NCBI RefSeq assembly: GCF_009914755.1
Contig: NC_060931.1
Reading direction: 5' to 3' (one strand)
Length of the DNA stretch: 64,000 nucleotides
Origin: the human T2T-CHM13v2.0 reference genome, Homo sapiens
How positions within the stretch are numbered: the first letter of the stretch is position 1; each line of letters starts with the position of its first letter. Below, piece by piece: positions 41,293-54,516 of the stretch. A program made the translations under genes and the position numbers. The notes beneath the pieces are model-generated. The model ran no database searches, was not told the origin of the DNA, and saw only the letters and a list, made by a program, of their open reading frames with translations.

Positions 41293-43289
41293 CTAAATGA
41301 ACACATTCTAAACTTTATGGTTCCTTATTACTATCAATCATTAATGCCTGTACTACATTGATCAACTACATAGAAGTTTTAAATATGCAAATTAAGAAGC
41401 ATAAGATAGCCAAATGGTTTATAAATGATACCCTTAAAAAAAAAAACTCTATTTTTAATTATTCAAAAAAACAAGAAATCCACAGAAAGACCTTCAATTC
41501 TTCAGAGTCTCCTAATGACTGTAAACAGTCACTCTAGCAAGCAGGTCATGGAGTCTACAAGTGCACTTCAGTCAGCCAAGTTCACCTTGAGAGTTAGTGC
41601 TGCAGCTCTTGGTTATTTTCAAACACTGTCATTTATTTGTTTTAAATAAAGAAAACAACTTAGAAGAGACTTAGTTCCCCGTAAGCACTGATTGGGTTCA
41701 AGAGGTTGGGAGTGCAGGAGGCCAGATCCCAGGGAGGTGGCAGTGCTTTGCTTCGTAGGTGCCCATTTGGCTTAAGATCCTAAGGTCTCTGTTGCCAGAA
41801 GGGTCGGGCGGAGGCCCGTTAAAATCAGAGCAGGAGGATCATCTGCTTTTTTCTTTTTTCTAAAAGCAGTCGGAGTAAACCAATCTGAGACAAGAGGCTT
41901 TTGTTTGTGATAATTGGTTTCTCCTGCAAACAAGTTGGCATGCAACATTAGCTGTTTGCAATTCTAATGACCTTTTGGTTGAGTACAGACAAAATTGCCA
42001 AATGGCTCTAAAATAACTATGTATTCTGACCTCTTCATCAATTCTCTCCTGGGCAATATTTCCATAAGAAAACGGGAAGAATGGTGCTCATGCCTAGGAG
42101 ACCTTTTTATTTCTCCAAGTTATTTGCTCTCACTGTACCTTGCAAAGGCAAGGCCCTGTTTTACTGACTTCACCTTCCTGTCTTCAATTTTCACATCAGA
42201 TCTAAGGGATACCTGGTTCACACATGTTAAAATCCCAGCTCATTTTTCACGTCAGTTTATTGACATCAGTTTCTGTCAGTATTGTTGGGAGCAGGCAAGA
42301 GTTAAATATTTAATACCTTTCTCTCTCTACTCTTACACTCACAAGCTAAAAAAAAAAACAAAAACAAAAACCCAAACAGCAATCAAACATAAACAAACCC
42401 ATTCAGATGTTGAGCATGGAACCAAAAGGTAAAACTCCAGACCCTTTTGTGGAGCACCCTTGCTGAAGATAGGCTGAAAAGAACAAGCCTTTGCTCCAAG
42501 AGTGGAACATGTTTTTATATTGACATTCCAAAGGCTAGGACAAGATGTGTTCTCCCCTTTGTTTATTTTTTCACAAGGCTGAAGAGGAATGTCTTCCTTT
42601 ATAGAGAGAGGGAAGGATTTTGGAAAAAAGAAATGGGGCTCATCTGTGGAAATAACAGTAGAGATGGTTTGGGTTAGGGAGGAGAGCATTCCTGTTGCTC
42701 ACTAATCAGGGGGAAATGTGTAACCATATGCCCCATTATGGATTTTCTTAGGTAGATGAATCTAATGCAATTTTGTTCCCTTTTGATTAGGGCAATTAAT
42801 TAGAGGCTTTGCTAAATGTGATTTGATTTTTATATTTTTTAGATTATTTTACTTTCAAAACTCACCAGTCTCTTGTGAAGCAAATCACGTGTTTTAGTTC
42901 AGAAGATACTGTATCTATTTAGGGCCCTTCTATCCAGAAGCCCAAGGATGGGCCTGTCCAAGACCTGCTGCCCTGTCAAGGTGTCAGGGTCAGTGCAACG
43001 CATCCAAGGTAGCCTTTGCTTCCCTGCTGGGGTTGGGGTGAACATACACTATAAAGCTGGGGTAGCTGAGCTGTGTGAGGCCTTTGAGGATGAGACAGCT
43101 GGCAAAACTGGTGGGAACAGCCCTACTTGCTCTTCTGGGCATGTGAGGCCTCAGCACTACTTGGGAAACTCAGGAAAACCATGGGTTTAGTGGGGAGGAG
43201 ATGAGAAGACTTGTGACAGAGATCCTCATCACATCACCCATACTTCTCTCTGTGAGAGAATTGCTGAGCAATTCTCAATGGTGTGTTGC

Positions 43290-43450
43290 CTTTGGCATTC
43301 CATCAATTTAGCAAAAATGTACAAGCCATTTACTATGGAGGAGTAGGAACCCAGAGAAGTTAAACAAATTATTCCAGGAAGTATAACCGGTTGGTGGCAG
43401 AGCCAAGACTGAAAGCCAAGTCTCAGGACTTTTGGTTCACGGTCAACCAC
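43290..43450 (-). mobile_element. MIR fragment
   Basis: cattttactatggaggag...cagagaagttaaacaaatt...ggtggcagagccaagactgaaagccaagtct. Confidence 0.6.
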
Positions 43451-43905
43451 GACACCACATTGCTGAGTATTTACTGCCTCCCTCGTGTTGCCTTTAGGTC
43501 ATTTTGCTTTAGGAACTGAGCTTTTGTATCAAGAGATGACAGGCCTATTTTGGTAGCCAGGAGAAGGGGAGGACAAAAGAACATGCAATAAAAGTAGTAT
43601 TTCTTGTGTCAGCCTTCAGAGCTAGGTAGAGAGGGCCAGATAATAAACAACATAAAGACCAAGGATCAGAGAAATATCTAAAACCCATTTCTATCCTCAT
43701 CTATACATGACTGGCCTCTGTAACCACACATGTAGCCGCCATCTGCGCCGCCTCGCTTCCTCTGGGTAGTTCTGCCTTGTGATTCTTCCTCCTGAAGGAA
43801 AAGTGCTAGTTACACAGCGCAGGGGCACTGAATGCAATTTTGAACGATATGAATTTGAAATAGTGGGACCTAAAAATATTAACGAAGTCTCGATTGGCTA
43901 TGCAC

Positions 43906-44109
43906 ATTTGAAAAAAACTCAATAATTCTCCGAATTAGAAAAAGTGTAAATAATTTACACAATTTCAAAGCAGGGGACCCATCGGAATTGTCTGCTGTGT
44001 TCACACTGTAAATTTGAAAAAACCCCAGTAATTCTCCAGATTAAAAAAAGTGTAAATCATTTACGCAATTTCGAAGCAGGGCCTCCACTGGAATTGTCTG
44101 CTGTGTTCA
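43906..44109 (+). repeat. 106-bp-period tandem duplication (about 85% identity), possibly inside an old Tigger-like element
   Basis: atttgaaaaaa...ggaattgtctgctgtgttca starting at 43906 and at 44012. Confidence 0.88.
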
Positions 44110-44431
44110 TGCCGTTGCCAGATGACAGTGCTGCTTCAGCTGGTTAATGGAAACATGTGGCTTCCATTGTTGGTGGCTGTGGATCACTCTCATGTTTATA
44201 TGCACTAGAATTTCTGCAAGGGATTTTGGTTATTTTTGTACTGTTATTTTAATATTCATTGCTACTTAAAAATTAAAACTTTTTGAATCACATAATATCA
44301 TCTAAGTTGTCATTAAGCCATATTGCCTGGACTTGTGCTGAAAAATCAGTCACTTTGTGGTAGAGGTTATGTAAATTTGAGTCCCCAAAGGGAAACTTTA
44401 GAGAAAATATTGAGAAAATAAAGAAATATTA

Positions 44432-44790
<359 letters not shown>

Positions 44791-44933
44791 TGATTAAATA
44801 CATTTTGAGATTGTAGTCCCTCCACAATTGTTTTAACTTTAGAAAAATTAATTTTGTATTATGAAAATTTTAAATTCTGTGGGGGTCTTGAGGAATGCAT
44901 CCTTGACCCAAATAAGAATATGCTATACCCAAG

Positions 44934-45373
44934 TATTAGGGGTGAATTTTGTCTCCCCAAACGATATTGGAGTCCTCACTCCTGGGACCTGTGAATGGGA
45001 CCTTTTTGGAAATAAGGCCTTTGCTGATGATTAAATTAGAATGAGGCCATTACAGTGGCCCTCATCCAATATGACTGATATCCTTACCTAAAAGGAAAAT
45101 TTGGACACAGAGACAGACATGCACAGAGGGAGACAATGTGAAGACAGTCTTCACATTGTAGACATCTACAAGTCAAGGAATGCCTGAGGCTACCAGAATC
45201 TCCGGGAGGGGGCATGGAACAGATTGTCCCTCAGAACCCTCAGAAAGAATCCACTCTGCTGAGACCTTGATTGCAGACTTCTAGCTTCCAGGGCCTGGGA
45301 GAAAATACATTCTTGTTGTTTGAGCCACCCAGTTTGTGATACTTCGTTATGGCAGCCCTAGCCAACAAATATA
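44934..45373 (+). mobile_element. MLT1B/C-type MaLR solo LTR
   Basis: tttggaaataaggcctttgc...gagccacccagtttgtgatacttcgttatggcagccctag; 5-bp TSD ccaag at 44929-44933 and 45374-45378. Confidence 0.9.
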
Positions 45374-45781
45374 CCAAGTGGCTGATCTGAGTTAAAATAA
45401 TTCATTTTTAGGAGTGTACAAAGGTTGTGGTCCCAATGTTTTGGCCAACAGCAGATCCCAAGGAATGGCCCTTAGAAGGAGGGGAATGCCTACCCCAGTT
45501 GCTACCAGTCCCCAGGGGAAAACCTTGCTTTCTCAGCCACTTATGTGCATGTGTGATTAGTTCATCAGACGCATTTCTAAGAGATTGGCTGACATCAAGG
45601 TGATGAGTGACGACTTTGACTGGAGTGATGAAATTGCAGTGAAAGTGGAAGCATTGCCCAGCTGATCAGGCATACTACCCAGGATCTGGTTACCACTACC
45701 ATAGCATGAAGGGAAATTGATGGACCAATCAGGAGGGTTGAAGTTTGTCTAAGGACGTCATACACAAGGTTAGCAACCTGC

Positions 45782-45806
45782 TTTTTTTTTTTTTTTTTTT
45801 TTTTTT
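45782..45806. repeat. Poly(T)25
   Basis: Direct count. Confidence 0.95.
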
Positions 45807-47239
45807 GGTGCTGTGGGCTAGGTTCGTGCAGGTAACAGAAGGGTATGGCTGCATGGAGAGGTCAGGAGAGGAGTGGGGGAGCTGAAGGGAGGATCCAGGT
45901 GCTGAGATAAGGGGACAAAGCTTAGGGTTGAAGGGGGAACAGTGGGAGGCACCATGGTTTCCTTAATGCACTGCGCGGAGCCAGGACCCTAGGTAGGACA
46001 AGGCTTGGCTTTCGGTGGACAAACATCAAGGCTGGAGGGAACAGAAACGGAAACACTTCCTCTGTGCTTGGCCAAAGAAAACTGGCAGCACCTTCCCAGT
46101 TACAGGGAAGGGATTAGGGCAGCATGGGCTGTCTGGACGGTGTCATTCTGTAGTCATGTGTCCAATTATTCACAAAGCAAGATGGTTTCTTGGGGTGATG
46201 CATATTTTATATGTAGGCTGGTGGTTTTGGAGACAAAATCAAGTGCCATTTAGGCTGCTGTGCTTTCTGAAGCAGAAGTGTCTCATAATGACTCTGCGTG
46301 CAGAATATAGAACAGAGTTAAGCAAAGTGGTTGATAGACAAATGCACCTTTTAGTCTTTGAATGGCTAAGGCCCTTTCTCTGATCCAGCAGGAACCAAGT
46401 TTCTGCTTTCATTTCTTCTATCATCTTGATCCCTCCCTTCATCATTGGATGAACAAACGTGGAGGCAAGTGGGAATAGTGGAGGGCAGGTAGGAGATGGA
46501 GGGAAACAAACCATTACATATCTTTGCGGAGGGTGGTTTTAACAGCAATCCCAATAACAGCAACAGGAATGCCAGTGGCTGATATTCACTGAGGACTTGC
46601 TATGTGTGAGCCCTAGACTTGGTATGTTGAGTCCCACTCTAATTATGCAAGGAAGCTCTAATTATCTCTTTCTTATAACAAAAAACTGGTGTCTCCCAGA
46701 TTTTAAGTATTGGTCTACATCACTACTCTTGACACACATGGCCAAGAGTAGACTCTAGTAATATACAGTATTGTTTCATAATACCTAGCAAGCAGAATTT
46801 TTGGCCTAGTTTTTTTCCCTCACATTTCTCATCATAACACAGGAGCCAGATGACATCTTAGTCCCTTGCCATGTTCTGTGACAGTGGGGGAAGACCCAGC
46901 TTACAAGACAGCTGGTTCTATTTTTCCAGGTGAGGTCTCAATGTAAAGAAATGGCTGTGGATGAAATGAGAAGTGGAGGTGGAATGTACCAGTTTCAAGG
47001 TAGGGGATATGGTTGGCTATATGATGAATTTTAGATTTCCTTGGTGTGTGCAAGCAGTATACATCATTAGAACAAGATAGGATAGGGGCAACAGCGTCTG
47101 AAGATGTGAATGGTTTCTACCACTTGTTGTTACTGTGAATGCTCTTCCTGTGGATTGAAATTCAGAGGCTATAAAGATGACATTTAAGAAATGACCCCTT
47201 TTGTGCATTATCTGTTGCAAGTTGGGAGAGGAAAGTTTC

Positions 47240-47432
47240 TTTTTTTATATGTTTAGTTGACACCTAATAATTATACATACTTATGGGGTACAGAGTATTT
47301 CCATACATGCATATGATGTTTAGTGATCAAATAGGTAATTAGCGTATCCATCAGCTCAAACATCGATCCTTTCTTTGTGTTGGGAACATTCAAAATCCTC
47401 TCTTCCAGCGTTGGACCACATACAATAAATGA
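47240..47432 (-). mobile_element. L1MA-type 3' end
   Basis: ttatggggtacagagt...tgatcaaataggtaattagcgtatccatca...tttgtgttgggaacattcaaaatcctctcttc. Confidence 0.8.
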
Positions 47433-47968
47433 TTGTTAACCAAATTCCAAATTCACCCTGCGGTGTGAAGAGGAAAGGTTCTTTGTCGGACATTATTCCA
47501 GGGCACTTACTTGCTGGCGTGCTCCCTGCCTCTCCTGCTCCATTCCTCAGCTGCCAAGTGCTGGCAGGGTTGTGTGTGCAGTTGCAAGTTGTCACTTGGG
47601 TAATAAAGGAGAAGGAGCATAGCTTGGCAGACTCTCCGACATGGCCATGTGCATCCTGCGCAAATAGAATTATGATTAATGACTAGCCTGGCAGCTGAAT
47701 TGGACTAGAGAACTTGGCCGAGGTCAAGGTAGGCCCAAGGAGCAGCCTGGGTGAGGCTGTCTGAGGGCGGAGATGGCGCAGATGAGGGGCAAGGCCCAAA
47801 GGAAGGCAGGCAGGGGGTGCTGATTACTTGGGGGATCCTGTGTAAGGAGGGGATCTGCAGAGCAGGGGAGTTGGGAAGGGTGGTAGGGATCTGAGCCCAT
47901 GTCCTATGCACAAGGCCTGACTCCTCCTGTGGCCAAGCTTGAGCTGCTCTGCTGCCTTTGTAGGCTGC

Positions 47969-48393
47969 TGTGTTAGTTTCCTCCAGCAGCCATAAAAGTT
48001 ACCTCCATCTTGATGGCTTAAAACAGTTATGAAGGCCAGAATTGAAAGATGAGATTATTGGCAGGGTCTCACTCCCTCCTAATGCTCTAGGGTAGAACCC
48101 TCCCTTGCCTCTGACAGCTTCTAGTGCATGTCAGCATGCCTCGGCTTCCCTGGATGCATGGCTCCAGTGTGCCTCAGTGGCCACAGTCCCTCCTCCTCCT
48201 CATGTGTCTTCTCCTCTTCTGTCTGTTACAAAGGTACTCGTCATTAAATTCAGTGCCCACCTGGGTAACCCAGAATGATCTGATCTCTTCATTACTTCTG
48301 CAAGGACCCTTTTTTTGAAAGAAGGTCACAGTCACAGGTTCCAGGGGTTAGGAAATGGACATAATGTTGGGGACCACCATTCAACCCATTACA
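47969..48393 (-). mobile_element. MLT1C-type MaLR solo LTR
   Basis: tgtgttagtttcct...aaggtcacagtcacaggttccaggggttagg...attcaacccattaca; TSD gctgc/gttgc. Confidence 0.85.
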
Positions 48394-48800
48394 GTTGCTG
48401 AGAGAATTGTGAGGGCCTAAATCTGTATTGGTTTTTAAAAAACTTTTTTTTTTGGTTTCAGTTGAGACCACACATATTCACTGGGCTTGAATTTGCATGT
48501 GGTGTTCAGTGGCAGGCAAGCCAGCTTTCAGGATGTCTGTTATCCAAAGCTACACTCTTAGGGCACCTCCAGATGACTCTCGGGCTTTCCAATCTGATCT
48601 TCTGCTTCTCCCCCTCCACGTGTGCCCTTCATCTTGTGGTAGGCAAATCAGACTCAATACCTACGGAGAAAGCAAAGGACATCAGTGACCATCTAATTCA
48701 CATGTGTTACAAATGATTGACACAACTCTAACTGACTCTGCCCTAGACTCCTAACAGATACTAATTATCTACTGTGACACCAGTTCAGACAGAGCCTATC

Positions 48801-49205
48801 TATGATGGTTAATTTTGTGTCAACTTGATGGGGCCACAGGATGCCCAGATGTCTGATGAGCATTGGAATTGGTATGCTGGGGAAAGCAGACTTCCCAGTG
48901 TGGGTGGGCCTCATCCAGTTCATTGAGGGCATGGATAGAACAAGAGGGTGAAGGAAGGTTGGATTCACCCTCTCTCTGTCTGACTGCTTGAGTTGTACAT
49001 CAGTCTACCGCCTGCTCCTAGTTCTCAGGCCTTCGAACTCAGACTGAAATCTACACTATTGGCTCTCCACCTCTCAGGCCTTCAAAACACAGTGCTGGAA
49101 TTCCTGGGTTTCCAGAAAACACAGCACTGGAATTCCTGGGTTTCCAGAGTGCAAATAGCAGATCCTGGGACTTCTCAGACTCTGTAATCAATACGTTATA
49201 AGAAA

Positions 49206-49266
<61 letters not shown>

Positions 49267-49305
49267 CTATTGGTTCTGTTTCACTGGAGAACCGTGACTG
49301 ATACA
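48801..49305 (+). mobile_element. MLT2-family LTR with 32-bp tandem duplication (49084-49147) and (CA)n
   Basis: tatgatggttaattttgtgtcaacttg...ctattggttctgtttcactggagaaccgtgactgataca. Confidence 0.88.
49207..49262. repeat. (CA)28 microsatellite
   Basis: Perfect dinucleotide run. Confidence 0.97.
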
Positions 49306-50004
49306 GAGCTTCAGACCTCTCAGTCCAGGCCTCAGTAGCTGCTGTCATGGGTTAGGGATAGCACACAAAATGAAATCTCTGCCACTTCTGACCCAAAACG
49401 AGCCTCATTTCATAGATAAGGAAACTGGGGCCCATGGAGGATGAGATAATTGAAAGGTGGTTGTCTATTCAAGTGGTATTTTAACATTTCATTTCCCATG
49501 TCAAAAAAAAAATAAGATGAACAGCCTGTAGATTTCCAAATCAGGATTTTTTTGACTTTAAAAACACCTAATATTGAACTGATTTTCTTCATATTTTTTA
49601 ATAGCTTCCCAAGCCACATAGAAACCTGGAGCCTGTCACCCTACCAGTGTGACTTATGACATACTGTACAGCCACTCTGTTCCATAGCTTTCAGGATCCA
49701 TCTGTTAGCTCATATAAAACAAAATTTATATTAAATGGGATTTTAGAAATATTATCATGGCCCAAATTGAACATCATGTGATGGAAAACAAAACATATGT
49801 TGGCAATTTTGCTTTTGATTATTGGATTGGGGTGATTTGAGTTCCAAAGGGGAAAGAAAGAGCTCCTCTCCAGACCTCATTGTGATCCTGCCAGAGTATT
49901 GTTCCTAACACCTCCATTTATTTTTAACAATTATTGTAATTATTACTTTTATACATTATAAAAGTAATATATATAAATAAATTAAGAAATTCTTTTAATC
50001 ATTT

Positions 50005-50875
50005 ACATTTTATTTTTAATTATTATGGGCATATAATGGTTGTATATATTTATGGGGTACATGTGATGTTTTGATACAGTCATACAATGTGTAATGATCA
50101 AATCAGGGTAATTGAAATGTCCATCACTACAAGTGTTTACCATTTCTTTGTGTTAGGAAGATTCCAATTTCACTCTATTAGTCTGTTCTCATGCTGCTAA
50201 TAAAGACATACCTGATACTGGGTAATTTATAAAAGAAAGAGGTTTAATTGATTCACAGTTCCACATGGCTGGCAAGGCCTCACAGTTGTGGCGGAAGGCG
50301 AAGGAAGAGCAAAGTCATGTATTACATGGTGGCAGGCAAGAGAATGTGTGCAGGGGAACTGTCCTTTTATAAAACCATCAGAACTTGTGAGAATTATTCA
50401 CTGTCATGAGAAGAGCACAGGAAAAACCTGCCCTCGTGATTCAGTTACATCCCACCAGGTCCCTCCCATGAGGCATAGGGATTATGGGAGCTATAATTCA
50501 AGATGAGATTTGGGTGGGGACACAGCCAAACCATATTATCTACTTTTTTAGTTATTTTACAATATATAATAAGTTATTGTTAACTATAGTTGCCCTATTG
50601 TGCTACTGAATACCAGACCTTATTCATTCCGTCTTAACTGTATTTTTGTACCCATTAACATTCCCCACCTTGTCTTCCCCTCTCTGCTATCTTTCTCAGC
50701 CTCTGGTAACCATCATTCTACTCTTTATGAATTCAACTTATGTTTTTCTCTTAGCTCCTGCCCATGAGTGAGAACATGTGACATTTATCTTTCTGTGCTT
50801 AGCTTATTTCACTTAACATCATGTTCTCCAGTTCCATCTAAGTTGTCGTAAATGACAGGATCTCATTCTTTTTTA
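50005..50875 (-). mobile_element. L1MA-type 3' end interrupted by a THE1 LTR
   Basis: tttatggggtacatgtgatgttttgatac...tgagtgagaacatgtgac...aatgacaggatctcattcttttt. Confidence 0.88.
50174..50538 (-). mobile_element. THE1 (C/D-like) solo LTR
   Basis: tattagtctgttctcatgctgctaataaagacatacc...gatgagatttgggtggggacacagccaaaccatatta. Confidence 0.93.
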
Positions 50876-51239
50876 TATGCCTCCATTTCTTGAGAGCCAT
50901 TCCCATCCAACTCTGAGTGGCTAAAATGCTGACTTCCTTAGAAATTTGAAATTCTCCCATTTAGACCTGTTGTTAAAAAAGAACAGCTCAAAAACATTAT
51001 ATTTGATACAGCTTTTCCAATAACAGTTCTTTGGGCTGCTACAATTTGGAGAAAAGTTGAGAAAATAGGAGTGAGCATTTCAAGTTTGAAAAAGAAAAAG
51101 AAGAAATAAGGCTAGAATTCATTGTTAGCTTGGTCTGTTTACTCCCAAGGATAATGCCTATTTGATGCAATTGAGCAAAGGGACATTGATGGGGGGATTC
51201 TGAGGCAGAAGACTCCAATTTACAATATTCAAGGGGCCA

Positions 51240-51360
51240 TATACAATATTCTGTCGAAGCCTCTACAATGACCCTATGAGATAGCTGCTGTTGTTTCCAT
51301 TTTACAGAGGAAAAAAAAAGTATGAGAAAATTATTTGTCCAAGGTCAGCTAGTAAAGGGC
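51240..51360 (-). mobile_element. MIR fragment
   Basis: accctatgagatag...tccattttacagagg...tttgtccaaggtcagctagtaa. Confidence 0.6.
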
Positions 51361-52255
51361 AAGGGAAGTAATGGATTTACAGTGGTGTCTTCTAATTAAG
51401 CAAGGTATCCCAGTAGGAATTCATGGTAACTCCTGATGCTTTTCTTATTCTTGAATAGGACATTTCCCTAGGGGAAAACGCTACAAGTAAATTAGAATCA
51501 AATGTTGAGGAAAGGAGCAGAGGAAAACTATCATGGGACCCAAGATACAAAAAGGCAAATAACAGAGAAGGGGTTGGAGGACTGTGTGATAAACTGTATT
51601 CCCTTCACCCCCACACTCCAGCTAATCTGATTTTGTAAGTTGTACAGGCGTTGTTAATTACATTTTGACTATATTTTGAGTAATGATTAGAACTACCATA
51701 CTAGGTGCTTGGCAGTATCTAGGATTAAATGTCTCGTTTTTAATTCTCACCATAACTTGAGGTACAATGGGGTGTGTATTGTCCTCTCCATTTTACAGGT
51801 TAGGAAACAGATGTAAAATGCGACCTAATTTGCCTCCAATCCTGGGGCCGAAGTGGGATTTATTGCCAAGGCTATAGCTCTGCACGCATTCCCGGTGACG
51901 TCCTGTGGTTTGAAACTCCTCTGAGTGGCTTCATGTTTTGTTTCTCTTTCACTGGGGAGGATAAAGTCACCACTAGGTCCTTTCTGTGTTCTTTGCTGCC
52001 TTTTTCTCTTCAGCATCCACAGTCCTGACTTACTGCATTTTGGTCTGGATTTCAACTAGCTGAAACTTAATCCCTGATACCGTTAGCTGAGAGAGAGCAT
52101 CAAGTATTAATCCTCCAGGGAGTATGTTTTTTTAAAGGAGACACTGGAAGGGCAAAAGGTCTTTAAGACTCAGATGATTCCGTGATAATGAAAATTGAAG
52201 CAGGGTGAGCGGGAGAGAGTTTTAAGAGGAACGATCGTCTCAGAGCTTCAGAACC

Positions 52256-52410
52256 AGTAGACACTGTATGGCCCTGGAACCAGCAACACTGGCATTACCT
52301 GGGAGTTCCTTAGACATGCAGAATCCGGGGCCATCCTCAGGCCTACCAGTGTGCATTTTAACAAGATCCCTAGGTAATTTGGGAGTACCTTATAGTTTGA
52401 GAAGCACTGG
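52256..52410. mobile_element. MER5A
   Basis: ggaaccagcaacactggcattacctgggag...tgcattttaacaagatccctaggt...agtttgagaagcactgg. Confidence 0.8.
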
Positions 52411-53329
52411 TGTAATCCATGCTCTGACATTTTTGTCTGATCTCTGGCAGTGGGCTGAGCTCAGCACTGGAACTGAAAGGCAAATTTAAACATCCTTTTT
52501 CAAGTGAGCAGGTAAGAGGTAACTTAAGGAAAGAGCAGCAGAAAATCAGTTCTGGGCATACAAGAGTTGGCAGTATGTTGGGAAACACAGTTGACTGATT
52601 CAAAACAGAATAAATGGGCCAGTTTCAATGTGTAGTTGCTGAGTTAGCAAAAATCTACCAGGTCAAATCAAATTCAAAGTGTTTTAGCTTTAGATAAGCA
52701 ATATCTAGTCTCTCCCTTATGAGAGCAAATGTAAAATAGTCTAAAATTTTTATTAGCAGTGGGAGAGTTGGCAAGATCCTGTTTCCTCTGGGAGCCAATG
52801 CAATCATTTCTCTCATAGCTCAGTTCATGAACTGACTATTTTCCCAGGAACTGAAATTGTTAGTTTCCTTGAGCAAAAAGCAATTTTGTTTCCCTCTGAT
52901 TTTTCTCTAAGTGCAGGTTAGCCTGAAGCTCGGCACTGCCCTGTTCTGCAGAGATGCTCCAAGCTGACCTGTTCTTCTTAACAATGTCATCATGCAGATA
53001 AATCGGACCCTAAGAATCAGGGAAAAAAGCAGCCCCAGAACTTGGCGTTTTCTCAGCTTATCACACTGAGTTTTTGGCAAATGTTTCGAACTTTAAGTGT
53101 TTCAAATTTTCTCTAATATAATTTACCTGGCAATCTCCTCCAGGAATGCTGAGTGAAGGTTAATGAGATGATGCAGCTGCTTTGATCTCCTAGGGAGAAA
53201 AAGAAGGTTATAAATATATCAAACCCAATGACTAGATACAAACAAGATTTTAAAAAGTAAAATGATACGTCATTAACACAATCACCTATCTGCGTTAACC
53301 ATGCTGTTTCCATGCTGTTTTCTGCTTAC

Positions 53330-54137
53330 AGGCTTGAGCCTAAGAGTCATTCTTAGTCATTCTCCAAGAGTGTGAGAGAAAGACGGTGAGTGGTCTGTCT
53401 ACCCACATCTGGTCATTTTCATTCTCCTGCTGCAGACCTTCTAATGCCTCCTCACTGTCTTCAGAATTGCATCTCAAAACTTCAGTTTTTGTGTTTTGAT
53501 CTTTACTCACCTCTCCAAGCTCAATTTATCACTTCCTGCCTCTCCTTTGCTGTAGGGACATTTTCTGTTTACCAATGCACCAGGCTCTCTCTCCCTTCAG
53601 GGCACTTTCTTCTGGCATTTACTGGCTGTTCTGTTTGCCCAGAACACTCTTCTTCTCCCGTCTTCCCAATATCCTCACCTGGCCATTCGGCATGACCTGG
53701 CAGGTCTCATCTGAGGTGTTCCTTCTCTGGGCTCCTGAGCCTCTCAGAGGATCCTGAGCCTGGGCTGTGAGGGCCCCACATGATTTCATTGCATCAGGTG
53801 CTTAGACCCTTTCTGGTGATTCTCTGCTTTTTCATCTTCCTCTTCGAGACCAGTGGCCTCAACCTGGGCCACACATTAGAGTTGCCTGGGGACATTTAAA
53901 ATCTCCTGCTATCCAGATCAGATTTCAGACTAAATAAATTAGTCTCTGGGTGTGGGATCCAGGGATTAGTATTTCTAAAAGCTGTCTAGGTGATTCCAGG
54001 GCACAGGTCAATTCAAGAACCACTGTACTCAGTGGTAAAATCCTGATGAGAGTGGGTATAGTCATGAGCATTACCATAGTGCTTGGTATAAATTGGCATG
54101 CAATAGAGCTCGTGGATTGAATGAGTTGAATGAATGA
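53330..54137 (+). mobile_element. L2 fragment interrupted by MER5
   Basis: caccaggctctctctcc...ggctgttctgtttgcccagaacactctt...ends in tgaatgagttgaatgaatga tail. Confidence 0.6.
53851..54025. mobile_element. MER5-family MITE
   Basis: cagtggcctcaacctgg...ttcaagaaccactg inverted termini. Confidence 0.8.
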
Positions 54138-54516
54138 GGCTTTGGCTTTGCAGACCCTGAACTTTGGTTGCCAGCTCACTCTTGGGGCTATTAACCAAAA
54201 AGTGACTGAGGCAGATCTCAATAGATAGAGGTTTATTTAGCCAAGGTTAAGGATGTGCCTGGGAAAAAATACAAGTCACAGGAGCATCTGTGACCTGTGC
54301 TTTTTCCAAAGGTGGTTTTGGGAACATCAGTAAAGGGGAAACAATAAGCAGGAAAGAAAAAAAAGGAAGAGGAGGCAGGTGGTTACATTCTTGGGAGGCT
54401 CTGATTAGGCTCAGTAAATCTACAGTTTACATGTGAAAAGAGGGGCTAGAGAAAAAGTCAATTATATATCGTCTTCCACTCAGTAAATCGTACACTTTAC
54501 ACAACATAAAGTGAAT

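Noticed and set aside
49051-49263. ORF with (CV)n repeat; likewise (YLSI)n ORFs at 25921 and 26737
   Set aside because: Translations of (CA)n and (TCTA)n microsatellites.
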